In this document: piece by piece, positions 44,968 through 58,909 of the stretch
How positions within the stretch are numbered: the first letter of the stretch is position 1
Layout: each line of letters opens with the position of its first letter
From: the human T2T-CHM13v2.0 reference genome, Homo sapiens
Strand: one strand, 5' to 3'
Length of the DNA: 64,000 nucleotides
Assembly (NCBI RefSeq): GCF_009914755.1
Contig: NC_060928.1
Notes under the pieces: generated by a model
The model's input: the letters and a program-made list of their open reading frames with translations, nothing else
The model's database searches: none
Told to the model about the DNA's origin: nothing
Program-made: the position numbers and the translations under genes

Positions 44968-45565
44968 CTGGAGATTTCAGACAAGGTTCTAGAAAAGATT
45001 ATTAAGCAGATGTTTTGAGAGCACTTAGACAAGACAGCAGTGATTATTGGGAGTCAGTATGAGTCCACTAGGGACAAGCGTTGAGCCTAACATAATTTTC
45101 TCTTTTGATAAGGTTACTAGACTAGTGGATCAAGGAAATAATATAAGTCAGGTGGCTTAAGTAGCATTTGAGAGTCTTTCACATTATCCTTGTGTACTTA
45201 CAGGAAGATGAATAATAAGATAGTGGGTGGATTCTCAGCTATCTAATTTCTTTCTCTTTTCTCTTTTTTTCTTTCAACAAATGTTTATAGTGCCAAATAA
45301 ATAATATGTGTCAGGTGGTAAGTGTGTTCGTTCCTGACTTCATGGAGCCTACCATTACCATCTCTGGCAGGAATGAGACAAGTACCATGCAAAATATACA
45401 CAATGAAATGGGTGATCTGTAGGGGACTTACCAAGAATATTAATAGATTGGATAAGCCTCAAAGGAAGCTTCCAGTGGTTTGGGTGGCGGGCTTGGCTCT
45501 GGAATTTCCCATAGTTTTATCAATAAGTTGGATGGTATAGAAACTATATCATATTTGGGAGGAGA
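44968..45565 (+). mobile_element. L3/CR1 reverse-transcriptase fragment (interrupted by an L2 tail)
   Basis: Translates KVLEKIIKQMF*EHLDKTAVIIGSQY...NIIFSFDKVTRLVDQGN, a CR1-type RT motif. Confidence 0.8.
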
Positions 45566-45655
45566 ATTAATTTATGTCCATATGTTAAAAACATGTAAAC
45601 TCATTGTCGAGTAATTAAAAATTATACAAAAGTCTGGTAGAAAATAGGATAAAGT

Positions 45656-45962
45656 AGACTGGGAATGGTGGCTCACACCTGTAATCCCAGCACTTAGGGG
45701 GCCGAGGTGGGTGGATCACTTGAAGCCAGGAGTTTGAGACCAGCCTGGGCAACATGGCAAAACCCTGTCTCTACTGAAAATACAAAATTTAGCTGGGAGT
45801 AATGGTGCATGCCTGTAGTCCCACTCAGGAGGCTGAGGCATGAGAATTGCTTGAACGAAGGAGGCAGAGGTTGCAGTGAGCTCAGATCATGCCACTGCAC
45901 TCCAGCCTAGCCGACAAAGTGATACTCTTGTCTCAAAAAAAAAAAAAAAATTAAAAAAAAAA
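45656..45962 (+). mobile_element. Alu (J or old S)
   Basis: Full dimer with A tail. Confidence 0.92.
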
Positions 45963-46399
45963 GAAATAGAGTAAAATATTTGTAGAGCTATAGAGGAATG
46001 ATAATATTCTCAGCTATAAAGAAACATAATCTAAACAGAAAAGGCTGACAAATAACAGGTTTAAATATGTGAAATTTAAAAACTTCCATACAATGCAAAA
46101 TAAGATCACTAATATTAAAAGGAAAAAAATCAGGCTGTGAAAAAGATTTTCATCAAACATGACAGAATAATATCTATAATATGTAAAAAACTAGGTTAAA
46201 TTTTATAAGAAAAAACATGATGAATAGAAACAATAATTCACAGAGGAGGAAATATACTTCTTTAAAAGACACATTCATAGGAGGAGCAGTTCACACTGTG
46301 CAGAGCGGTGAGAGTCTCAGGGAGTGTCTGGGATCATCATCCGACTAAGCTCTGTCTGTGAAATGGACAAAAGACTCTTAGCAGAGAATCTCCTCCACC

Positions 46400-46670
46400 A
46401 GAAGAGATGATCACCTCTCCCAGGATGACTTTTCTGACATCTACACCCACCTCCGCCATTAGATACTTCCCTTTTGTGCTCCTGCGATATCCTCTCCATA
46501 TTTTTCTCATTGTGCTTATTATTTTGTATTCTAATTATACGTTTATATGCAATCTTCCCCATCAGACTGGAAGCTTCTTGAGTGGAAGAACCATGGCTTG
46601 CATCTTTTATTCCCAGAGTCCTGTACCTGATAGGGACCCAACACTTGTTAGTTATGAAATAAGTGGCATA
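46400..46670 (+). mobile_element. L2 3' end
   Basis: tcagactggaagcttcttgagtggaagaacc...cctgtacctgatagg. Confidence 0.75.
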
Positions 46671-47049
46671 CATGTTCTTGGTAGAGGGACAGTGGGAGGC
46701 CGCAGGGTGATTTGAGCAAAACAAAGAAAGTAAAATTACAACCCGGCCTCCACACTCCCATGGTGTGAGTCTAAGAGTAGGCCTTAGAGCTGGTGAATTC
46801 AGCAAAATCCTGTCCTCCCCAGACATTTTCTCATCATTAAGAAGAGTGAAGAGGTGGCACCAGAACTTTGCATACTCTTGACAAGACTCTCATCCTTCCC
46901 TTCATCCCCTCCAAATATTAGTGGCAGCCTCAGCAGTATTATTTGCCTTGAGACAATGAAGAATTTCATCATGGCCTTCATTCCTGTTTACATTAGCTGT
47001 CACGAGAAGCTCAGGATGCCCAGGCCATCGTTAAACCCTGGTCAGTGAT

Positions 47050-47484
47050 ACTTCCACTCTGTCCTCCAACTCCAGAATCTGTTAAGAGGCTCCCTTGCCT
47101 TCTGGTGTGTGGTTGCAGTCAGCCAGTAAGAGGCATGGTGCTGTACCAGGGACAGGAGGAGGGTGAACTCAGGGAGTGTGCCTTCCCCTGAAGTCCTCCT
47201 GGTGGGGTTGCCATTGTCTGCCTGCATCCTTCTTTCCAAGGCCACGGCTCCTGCCAGGAAGCCCTCTCCCTCAAGCTACTCTCTCTGGACCCCTGTAACC
47301 ACTCTCTCTGCTTGCCCTTTAGGTGGCAATAGCTCCTGTTTGTTGCTAGCCCCTGGGTACTACATCATCCTTTGTTGGTTTCCCTAACGTCTTCCCATAT
47401 TTGTAAATAATTTTTTATTAAATTTTTCTCAGTGGCCCAGTTTGAGTGTGCCATCTGTTACCCACTGGGATTTTGATTGATACA
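47050..47484 (+). mobile_element. ERVL LTR33-like
   Basis: aaggccacggctcctg...gttgctagcccctgggtactacatcatcc...cagtttgagtgtgccatctgtt...tgataca. Confidence 0.82.
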
Positions 47485-47769
47485 TTGCTGAATAATTAGT
47501 GTTGAATGAATGAATGAATGACTCTGAATTGCTAAGAAAACAGATGACCAGAAAGCACTCTTTGCAGCAAAACTAGTGGCTGTGGGGATGGCAGGAATTT
47601 TCCCCACTTCGGCAACCTGATCTGGAAGTGTAGAAGGGAGGAGTGGCTGCCTGTCGAGCAAGGCAGAGGATATGTGGGAAGTCAGGGAAAGGGAGAAAGG
47701 CAGGAGGACCTAGGCTCTGAGGCTTGGAGCTGACTTGGAAGCAGCCATTAATGGGAGCCACGGTGAAGA

Positions 47770-47803
47770 AAACGCCACGTGGTGGCCATTTGCAGTCACT
47801 GTT
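47770..47803 (-). promoter_or_regulatory. Candidate CTCF site (core plus possible upstream module), overlapping a CACGTG E-box
   Basis: Minus strand AACAGTGAC-TGCAAA-TGGCCACCACGTGGCGTT versus consensus TGGCCACCAGGGGGCGCTA. Confidence 0.6.
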
Positions 47804-48849
47804 GAGACACTTCAGGAACCCCAAGCTTGAAAGAATGGAGCAGCATGGAAGGCTGTGGTTTCACCATTATAGATAGGGCTAAAGGCTGGGCCAGAGATAC
47901 ACTGCCTCCCCTCTTACTTCTTCCTACAAGTCCACTGCCTCGTTCCACTCTTTCCTTGTGGCCTCAATGAACATGGATAGCTGTAGTCATCAAATAAATG
48001 AAAATGACAGTGGCCTTGATCATACGACATCTGCAAAGTCAACAAAGTTATTTAAAAGTTATTCTGTAGTGAGACTAATATTCTCACGGACTTCAGTAAC
48101 ATTATAAATCTGCAACGCTTTCAGAAAGCTCCATGGCAATGTGCATTGCATTTTAAATAAGACATCATATCTTGTGACCTGATTGTTTCATTCCTAAATG
48201 TTCATCCTAAAGAAAGTTTGCAAGGGCAAATTTATAATATAGCAGTATCCCTAGTGTTGAACAATGTAGAATACATAATATTCAGTAAAAATAATAAAAT
48301 GTAAAATTAAATGTACAATGGGCAGTGATATAAAAATAGTGATATAAAATCATAGGCCAAATTTGAAGAGAATAGGCAGGAATGAAAATAGGATCAACAG
48401 AATGGAATTTAAAATGATTTTTTTCTAAACTTCTTTAATGTGGCTATAACATTTTAACAACCAAATATAAAAAAGAAAAAACGTTTTTAAAATGTTAAGT
48501 GACACAACGTCAGGAAAGATCATATAACTTCCTTTTCTATAATCCTCCAATTCTCCAATATTTTCCCTGTTCAATAAAAATAACATGCAAATGTCCTTCC
48601 ATGGTCTTTAGGAGTCTGCATATCTGGTCTCTGCCACCTTTTGGATCCCATTTGTTGACTCTCTTTCCCTTGTCCATTACGTTCCAACCAGCCAGGGACT
48701 TTCTGTCCCTTGAAAACTCCAAGCTGATTCCTGTTTTAGACTCTTTGCTTCTGCTGCTCTCTTGGTCGAGAGTGTGTTTGCTCCAGATCTTCACATGGCT
48801 GCCTTTACTCCTTATTCAAATATCACTTCAAATGTCACTTTTTAGAGAG

Positions 48850-49350
48850 GCTGTAGAGATATGGTTTATTATCTGCCCAACAAACATCCTTGGCTCCCAC
48901 TATGGAAACTGCTAAGAGGCAGGTGTTCTCTTTCACTCCCTGTGAGAACTAAGACATGGGCTTGAGTGTAGCCAATCAGTTCCTGACCCTGGACTTCATA
49001 TCTCAAGAGCATGGTGTATTGGGGCAGGGGCAATTATAGTTTCATGGCAACTCTGGTGCCGTGATAGTCTGGTGGAATGTTAGCAGACATGATGGTTGAT
49101 GATCATCACAGTGATGGTTGTTGAGTGGTGGTTCTACTAGCAGTGGCTGTGGCTAGTTGGTGTTGAGCGAACACGCAGACTATCCAGTGATTCTATCTTG
49201 GTTGTGCTTTGCCTCCTTTGGGTCCTCCTGAACCTGGGTTCAATAGCCAATGTATCAATGTTATTGGCTACCTGACACTTTTACACAAAACGTCTTCCCT
49301 GCTTAAGTTAAGCAGAATTGTCTTCTATTGTTTGCAACCAATAACTCTTA
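48850..49350 (+). mobile_element. Old ERVL/MaLR-class LTR inserted in an L2 (L2 pieces ~48480-48850 and 49350-49870)
   Basis: 3' end ctgcttaagttaagcagaattg...tgtttgcaaccaata; subfamily uncertain. Confidence 0.5.
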
Positions 49351-49484
49351 AAAGAACTTCCCTGAAAAATCTAAGCTAAAGTAGCCACTCCTCTGTCTTG
49401 CTTATTCTCTGTTACAGTATTCGGTTTTATTTTTTTCATAGCACTACCTGCTATATACTGAATATTGGTAGTGCCCCCTCAAGT

Positions 49485-49660
49485 TTGTTTTTGTTTTTTT
49501 TTTTTTTGGTTATTTTAGAGACAGGGCATCACTTGGTCACCCAAACTGGGGTTCAGTGGCATGATCATAGCTCACTGCAGCCTCAAACTCCTGGGCTCAA
49601 GTGATTCTTTTGTCTCGGCCTCTCAAAGTATTGGAATTACAGAAGTGAACGATTGTACCC
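49485..49660 (-). mobile_element. Alu monomer (FRAM/FAM-like)
   Basis: Single diverged arm with T tail. Confidence 0.8.
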
Positions 49661-51189
49661 ATTCCCACCCCCCAAATTTGTATGCTGAAATCCTAATCTG
49701 AAATAATGTACTTATGTTTCTGTTTTAATCTGTTTATTGTTTATTTCCCAACCCCCAAAATCAATTCCATGAGAACAAAAACTGTGTTTGTATGCCCCAT
49801 ATCATCTAGAACAGTTCCAGGCACGTAACTGGCATCGATAAATATTCATTGCATAAATTGAATAGACAGTAGAATGCATGGCAGAAGCAATATTCAAAAA
49901 TACCTAAGGATCAAAATTAATATAAAAAAATTTAACAGAATAAATAAAAGATCTGAGTTCACATGGATAAATCAATCATACAAGTACAAGATCAAGGAGA
50001 TTTTACCTATCAGGAATTTGAATGCTAAGAATGAAAAACCCATAGATTGTGATAGATGGCAAGCTAAAAACTTAGCTTTTAAAATGGGTAAAAGCAATCT
50101 TAGTTGTCACTAATAGGAATATATAAGGAATTTCTGCATCTGCCAAGATGAATTAACAAGGATCAGATTTACCTTCTCTCCTTAAACAACTAAAAACACT
50201 AGAAAGTAATATGAAACACTGTTTTTCAGACATTAGATAACAAGCAGCACAAGACAGTGATCACTGAGAGAGAAGCAAACAAGCTGATCTTTACAACTGA
50301 TTCAATGTACTACCTAGATAAAGTTTTCAGGCCACAATACAGGGAGGGGAAACCCGGGAAGAGACTGGCAATCTCCCTACGTTGAAGAGATAAAGTTGGG
50401 AGCTCAAGGAGACCAAGGCGCTTATGTTCATTGGGTAGAGTATCAGAAAAAATAAAGCTGCCTAGAAAAAAAATTCCAGAGATCTTCAGAGTGTATTCCT
50501 TGGTTAATCAGCTAAATACCACTGGTGCATGTATGCGAAGAAATAACCCAAGTCTCAAGAAAGAACCACTCAAAGAGTAGAGGTAAAAATGTGTGGAAAT
50601 CACACAGGGCTGGGAATAGTTCCTGTTCCCACTAGCTAGAGTAGAAAAGCCTAATAGTAGATGAGGCACTGGGTAGAGTACTCAGAGGATGTTGCTTCAG
50701 TGGTGGAGCAAAATTAGTCCTAGAATAAAGGCTGCTCTGGTTTTCTCAAACAAGCTTAAAAGCAAGCCTTGAAAGCACTGAAGTGTTTTCAAACTTAATT
50801 ATGTCCCAGAGCAATGCTCAAGAATATTTAAAATAATACAAGATACTCAGTACCCAACAAGGTAAAATTCACAATGTCTAGCATCCAATCAAAACTCGGC
50901 AAACATACAAAGAAACAGGAAATGAAAATGAAACATGAGAAAAAAATCAAAACCAATTGAGAAATGATACAGATGATATAATTAGTAGACAAAGACATTA
51001 AAATAGTTCTTGTAACTATATCCCATATGTTCAAGAAGGTAGATGAAATCATATTCATGTTAAAGAAAGACATGCAAGATGTAAAAAAGGCATACATTAA
51101 ACTTTTAGAGATGAGAAAACAATGTCTGGAATGAAAAATATAGTGGATGGTGTTAAAAATGGATTAGAGAGTTTAGAAGAAAAGATTGG

Positions 51190-51865
51190 TATCTTAGTCT
51201 ATTCAGACTGCTAAAACAAAATACCTTAGATTGTCAAATGTTTTTACTGCATCTATTGAGATGATCATATGGTGTTTTTTTTTAGTCTGTTAATATGGTG
51301 AGTTACATTACTTTTTTAATATGTTATTAAGGCAACTTTCCATTCCTGGGGAATGGAAATATTAAGGCAACTTTCCATTCCTGGGGAAAATCCCACTTGG
51401 TCATGATGTCATAAAATAAGAAAGGATTATTATCACCAATATCCTCCCTGTATATTATGAGATTTGATTTGCTAAAATTTTGTTGAGAATTTTTATGTCT
51501 ATTTCTATGACATATAAATCTGCAACCCTTTCAGAAAGCTCCATGGCAACAGAAATTTATAAACAACAGAAATTCATTGCTTATAGTTCTGAAAGCTGGG
51601 AAATCCAAGATCAAGGTGCCAGCAGATTCAGTGTCTGTTGAGAGCTTTCTTTCTCATAGATGGCAACTTTTCACTGTGTTCTCACATGGTGGAAGGGGTA
51701 AGGCAGTTCTCTGCGGCTTCTTTTACAAGGACACTAATCCCATTCATGAGCCTTCTACTCTCATGACCTAATCACCTCTCAAAGGCCCACCTCCTAATAC
51801 TATCATGTTGGTGATTAGGTTTCAACATATAAATTTTGAGGGGACACAACATACACACTATAGCA
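51190..51865 (-). mobile_element. MLT1A-like MaLR LTR inserted in L1 ORF1, itself carrying a templated insertion
   Basis: tatcttagtctattcagactgct...ataccttaga[insert]aatttataaacaacagaaatt...ccaagatcaaggtgcc...ctatagca. Confidence 0.88.
51231..51510 (-). repeat. Inverted copy of 54361-54599 (~97.5% identity, plus an internal duplication)
   Basis: Hand alignment of the reverse complement: ~5 substitutions and 1 indel over 239 bp. Confidence 0.95.
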
Positions 51866-53818
51866 AATGCTGAACTTGAAGACATAGCAATAGACTATAT
51901 TGAAGGTGAAACTGAGAGAAAAAAATAATTGAGGAAAAAAATAGAGTATCAGTGAGCTGTAGGATAATTTTAAGCAGCTTAATATAAATGTATTTGGAGT
52001 CTCTGAAGGAGAGGAGTGGGAAGAGGGGATGGAAAAAAAACCTATGAAGAAAGAATAAAGATTTTCCAAATTTGCTGAAAATCATAAATTCATAGATGAA
52101 AGCAGTTCAATGAAATAATAACAACATAAAGAAGGCAGTTCACAATCAACTTGCTTAAAAGGAGTGATAAAAATAACATTTTAAAAGGATGCAACAGTGA
52201 AAAGACATTACATACAGAGATAAGAATTATTGCAAACTTTTGTGGGGAAAAATGCAAGCCAGAAGACAATGGGGAAGCATCTTTTAAGTACTAAATTTTT
52301 AAAAATATGATCTATATTTTTATACACCATAAAATACCTATTGAAAGCAAGAGCAAAAAGACTTTTCAGATACAGAATAGCTGAAATAATTCATCACCAA
52401 CAGATCAGTACTATATTACATGCTAAGGCAGAAGGAAAATGACATCAGATGGAAATATGTATCTGTACAGAAGAATAAAGGACACTAGAAATTGTAACTG
52501 CATCAGTCAATATAAAAAGCTCTATTTCTTATTTTTAAAATGTCTTTAAAATGTAATTGACTGTTAAAAGCAAAAAATAATGACAATGTATTGTGCATTT
52601 ACAACAATTACATATAAAATATAGGACAAAGGTATAAATGCCCAGAGGGGAAAAATGGAAGCACGCTATCACTAAGTTCTTATACTCTACATGAAATAAT
52701 ACAATAATACTTGAAGATAGATTACTTGAAGTTGGAAATGTATAAACTCCAAAGCAAACACTAAAAACAAACACAAAGAGATATAGCTAATAAGCTACCA
52801 AAACAGGGAAAATCATATGTAGTTAATTCAAGATATAAAAATGTGAATAAAGGAGACATGGGACAAATAGAAAACAACTAGCAGCATATTATATTTAAAT
52901 ACAAATTTATTAATAATCTCATTAAATGTAAATGGTGTAAACAGCTCCATTTAAAAGGCCAGTATTTTCAAATTGCATGAAAAAGCAAGACCCAACTCTA
53001 AGCTGCCTATAACAAACCCATTTTTGATATAAAGATAAAAATAGGCTTATAGTAAGAGAATGGAAAAATATATACCATCCTAGCACTAATCAAAAGGAAG
53101 CTGGAGGTGCTACATTAACATCAGACAAAGTAGATTTCTAAATAAAGAATATTACTAAGGTTAAATGGCATAGTGATAAAGGAGTCAATTTATCAAAAGA
53201 AGATAATAATTTTAAGCATGTAGGTACCTAATAATAGATCCTCAAAATATATTAAGCAAAATTTTGGTAGAGTCAAAAGCAGAAATAGAAAAACTATAAT
53301 TATAATAATATGAGACTCCAAATAACTCTCTTAAGAATTATAAAATGAGAAGACAGAAAATACAAAAGATGTTGCTGGACCACAGGAAATTAAATTAAAA
53401 ATCAATTTTTAAAAACTAGCTGGAAATTCCTCCACTATTTGAAAATGAAATAATAGGCTTCTCTATAACCCATGGGTCAAAGAAGAAATAAAAAAAGTAA
53501 TTAGAAAGTATTCTGAACTGATGTAAAGGAAAACACCAAAATTTGTGGAATGCAGCTAAAGAGGAAAATTTAAAATTAGAGGAAATTTTATAGCATTAAA
53601 TTGTAGTACTTGAAAAGAAAGATCTCAAATCAACAACTTCAACCTTTAAGAAAGAAGGGAAAAAAGAACGAATGAAATCCAAGTAGATATAATAAAGAAT
53701 ATAGTAAAGATTAGAGCAGAAATTAATTAAAAATTCAAACAGCAATACATAAAAAACAATGTGACCAAAGGATATTTTCAGCCAGGTTGGTTGGGGAAAA
53801 AAAGAGAGAAGATACAAA

Positions 53819-53934
53819 ATGTTAATGTAGCAACTCCAGCTTCCTTTTGATTAGTGCTAGGGTGGTATATATTTTTCCATTCTCTTACTATAAGCCTATT
53901 TCTATCTTTATATCAAAAATGGGTTTGTTATAGG
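53819..53934 (-). repeat. Inverted copy of 53006-53121 (116 bp, 3 mismatches)
   Basis: Hand alignment of the reverse complement. Confidence 0.95.
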
Positions 53935-54611
53935 AAATGAGAGGAAAGATGTCACAATTGTTCCTACAGAGATTAAGAAAACATAAGAGAGTAGAGTGAG
54001 CAGCTGAATCCCCATATATTTGTCAACTTAGCTGAAATGAACAAATTAATTGACAGACACAAATTGTTACAGTTCATTAAAAAAGAAATAGTAATCTGAC
54101 TAGCCTTATATTTATTAAATTGAGTTGGCAGTTTGAAGTCTTCTAACAGAAAAAAAAAAAAACCCAAAAATTCAAACAACTGCAGGCACATGTGGCTTTA
54201 CTTGTGAATCTACCAAATCTTTTTTAAAAATTAGCACCAATGCTAAACATATTTTTCCAGAAAATAGAAGAATTCTCAACTTATTTATGACTCCAGCATT
54301 ACCCTGATATAAAACCAGACAAATACATTACACGAAAGTAAAATTAGAGACTAATGCTTCTCATAGAAATAGACATAAAAATTCTCAACAAAAATTTAGC
54401 AAATCAAATCTCATAATATACAGGGAGGATATTGGTGACAATAATCCTTTATTATTTTATGACATCATGACCAAGTGGGATTTTCCCCAGGAATGGAAAG
54501 TTGCCTTAATATTAAAAAAGTAATGTAATTCACCATATTAACAGACTAAAAAAAACACCACATGATCATCTCAATAGATGCAGTAAAAACATTTGACAAA
54601 ATTCATTTTAC

Positions 54612-55021
<410 letters not shown>

Positions 55022-55211
55022 TGATAGGCAACATACTCAGTGGTGAAAAAAATGATATTTTCTAAGATCAGGAAAAAGACAAAAGTGTCTCCTTTCACCC
55101 CTTCTACTTAGCATTGTATTTGAGGTAATAGGCAGATTTAATGGGAAGAAGTAAAACTGTCTTTATTTGGCCACAACATGATCAACTATGCAGAACATTT
55201 TTAGAAATTAA

Positions 55212-55558
<347 letters not shown>

Positions 55559-58500
55559 AAGTTCAGCAAGTATTTAAGATACAATGTTAATGAAAAATTA
55601 ATTGCATTTCCATATATACTAGCAACAAATAATTGGGAATGGAAATTTTAAAAAATACAATTCACATGAGCATAAAGATATGAAATACTTTTATGATATA
55701 CTGGAATACATTTGCCAATGGATATGCAAGACCTGTACTTTGGAAACTATAAACATTGCTGAAAGAAAGTAAAAAAATAAATAAGAGATATACCAATGTT
55801 CATAAATTGGAAGGTGTATTACTATTAAGACATCAACTATCCTCATAAATTCAATGCAGTCCAAATTAAATCCCAGCAAGCTTCTTAAAAAAAGAAATTG
55901 TCAAGCTGATTCTAAAATGTATATGAAAATGCAAAGAACCTACAATCGCTAAAACAACTTTTATAAACAATAAGTATGAAAGATTTACATTATGTGATTT
56001 TAAGCCTTATTCTAATACTATAGTAATCAAAGTAGTGTGATATTGGCATAAGAATAAACATATAGATCAATAGAAGAGAAGAATCCACAAATAGACTCAC
56101 AATGGGCAATTGATTTTTGACAAAAGTGCCAAGGCAACTCAACAGAAAGAAGCAATCTTTTCAATATATAGTGGTGGAACAACTGGATAACCATATGCAA
56201 AGAAAAGAAACCTGACTATTACCTGACACAATGTCTAAAAGTTAGCTTAAAATGGATCACATACCTAAGTGTTAGAGCTATAACTATAAAACTTCTAGAC
56301 AAAAAATCCAGAAGAAAATCTTAATGACCTTTGTTTTGGCAAATATTTATTAAATAGGACACAAAAGACATAACTAGAAAAGATAAAACAAATAAATGGG
56401 GTTTTATCAAAATTAAAAACTTGTTATTCAAAGGGCACTATTATGAAAGTGAGAAAGCAAGCCTCAGACTTACAGAAAATATTTTCAAGACATATATTTA
56501 AGAAAAAACTTGTATTTAGAAAAAATAGCCATTTTAATTCAATAATAATAAAAAAGCAATCTTCTATTGGTAAAGATTTGAATGGACACTTCCCAAAGAA
56601 AATATACAGGTGACAAATATACTCAACATCATTGTTCATTGGATAAATACAAAATAAAACCATAATAAGATACCATAACATGCATACTAAAATGGCTAAA
56701 ATCAAAAGGACAGACCATACCATGTATTTGCAGTGATAATGAGCAGTTCTAATTCTCATTTACTGCTGGTGGCAATGTCAAATTGTACAACCACTTTGGA
56801 AAACAGCTTGGCAGTTTCTTAAAAGGTCAAACATATATCTACCACATAACTCATCCATTCCATTTTAGACACTTACTCAACAGAAGTGAGAGATATGTCT
56901 CCACAAAGATGTGTGCACAAATATTTATAACAGCTTTATCTGTAATAGTCACAGGCTGGAAACAAACTATAAGTCCATAAACAGGTGAATAGATAAACAA
57001 AATGTGCCAAATCCATATCAGGAAGACCATTCAGCAATGAAAGGGATAAGGGATTAGTACACGCAACAACATGGATGAATCTCAAAGTAATTATACTGAG
57101 TGGAAAAAAAAAACAGACAAAAGAGAGTATATACATTTGATTTTATCAATATAAAATTCTAGAGGATGCAAACAAATCTATAGTGACAGAAAGCAGGTCA
57201 GTAGTTGGTTGCCTCAGGATGGACTGAAGGATGGGAGGGTAGAGAGAGAGGGCTTACAAAGTGGCAGGAGGAAATTTAGCAGGGAGATGGAGATGTTAAT
57301 TATATTTACTGTGGTGAAGTTTTCCTGAATTTTTACATATGTAAAAGCTCATCAAATTGTACAATTAAAATCTGGTGTGTCGTACATCAATTATACCTCA
57401 AAAAACCGTAAAAAAGAAAGATAGCATACAAAGCAAGGTATTTGATGATATCCCTCACATAGAACTTTCACACAGTTTCTCACATGATTCATATGCACTT
57501 TAGCATACGGTTCAGTAAGGCTCATATGCAGATGATTGAAAACCAGAGAGTATCACAAAGGAATTATTCTTGCATCAATATAAACTATTGTGAACTCAAG
57601 TATGGATGAATAAGTGAATATACATCTCCACTGAAGCCTACATGATTCAAATTTGTGTTTCAAATTTGGGTGTCATGAAACTTCACACAAATTATTGAAA
57701 CTGCAAAATTAAAAATTCTCACATGCCAAGGGTCCACTGCATCAAATTCTGGACACCACAATCTCAGAGGTTGATGTCTATAAGAGAAAGAAAAATCGTG
57801 TCATTTAAAAAATTGGTGATGTTTAGCTGGAATAAAGTTTTAAAGAGTTGAGAACACTCTCTTCAACAGTTAGGAAGAGATAAAATTCTGAGTAGCTTCA
57901 GAAGCCATAACTAGAACCAGGGAGTTGATGACTGGGAGATGGATTTCAATCCAGAAGTCAACCGCAAAGGTGAATTCATGAGCTCCTCTTCTCTTCTTTT
58001 CCACACACTCATAACACCTTCACATACGTTGCTTCCACACTTATTACACTCTATTGTGTTAACTAGTTTTAAAAATTGTGGGTGTTTTTTCTGTTTGTAA
58101 CTAAACTATGTACTCCATGTTTTTTAATAACAAGACAAAATAGTATATAAATATCAATTCTCTCTAAATTCGTCTGTAATCTAAATACAATCGCACTCAA
58201 AATGTAAGCAGTTTTTTCTTTCCCATCATTTTATTGTTTTGAACTTGAAAAAGGGGTGTCTCAAATCCATTTGGAAAAAAAATGTGAAGATTGTCAAGAA
58301 AATTCTAAAAATAAAGGAAAAGAAGAATTATATTATACTAAAATGTGTCTATAGCAATTAAAATACTTTGTCCAAATAGGCAGATCAATGGAAAATAGTA
58401 GCGTCTGGATGAATCCATTTAAAAGAGTGAAATGTATCAGGAAGAAATAAGGTGGGAAAAGGTTGAAGATACCCCGTTGTGCACAGTATGTATGTTTTGG

Positions 58501-58909
58501 GAAACACATATATACTATACACACATGTACACATATATACACACATATGTGCATGTGTTTAGAATATGATGAGATTTATACAAAAGAAACTGTTACACTG
58601 AATGATTTACTTTCTCTAGGGTGGGCCAGAGCTGGGGTAAGGAAGTGAGAGTGGATAAGATAGGATTTTTACTTTTCATCTTATCCCCTTCTGTAATTTT
58701 GAAATATTTTAATATGTTGCATGTATAGTTTTTAAAATATAAATTAGAGAGAAAAAGAGGGAAAAGGAGAAAGGGGAAGAGAAAAGGCAAAAAACAACAG
58801 AGAATTGAAGAAATCAAGGACTGGCTTGGAAGTTACAAGTTACTTAACTTCTCTAAACCTGTTCCTTTTCTGTAAAAAGCGGATTATAATGTCTCATGCA
58901 CACAGTAGG

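Noticed and set aside
46317-46826. 169-aa minus-strand ORF
   Set aside because: Largely an antisense reading of an L2 3' end; no domain.
51510-54361. Idea that the inverted duplications flank a true inversion
   Set aside because: The host L1 is plus-strand and collinear both inside and outside the arms, and the LTR resumes in the same orientation after the insert.
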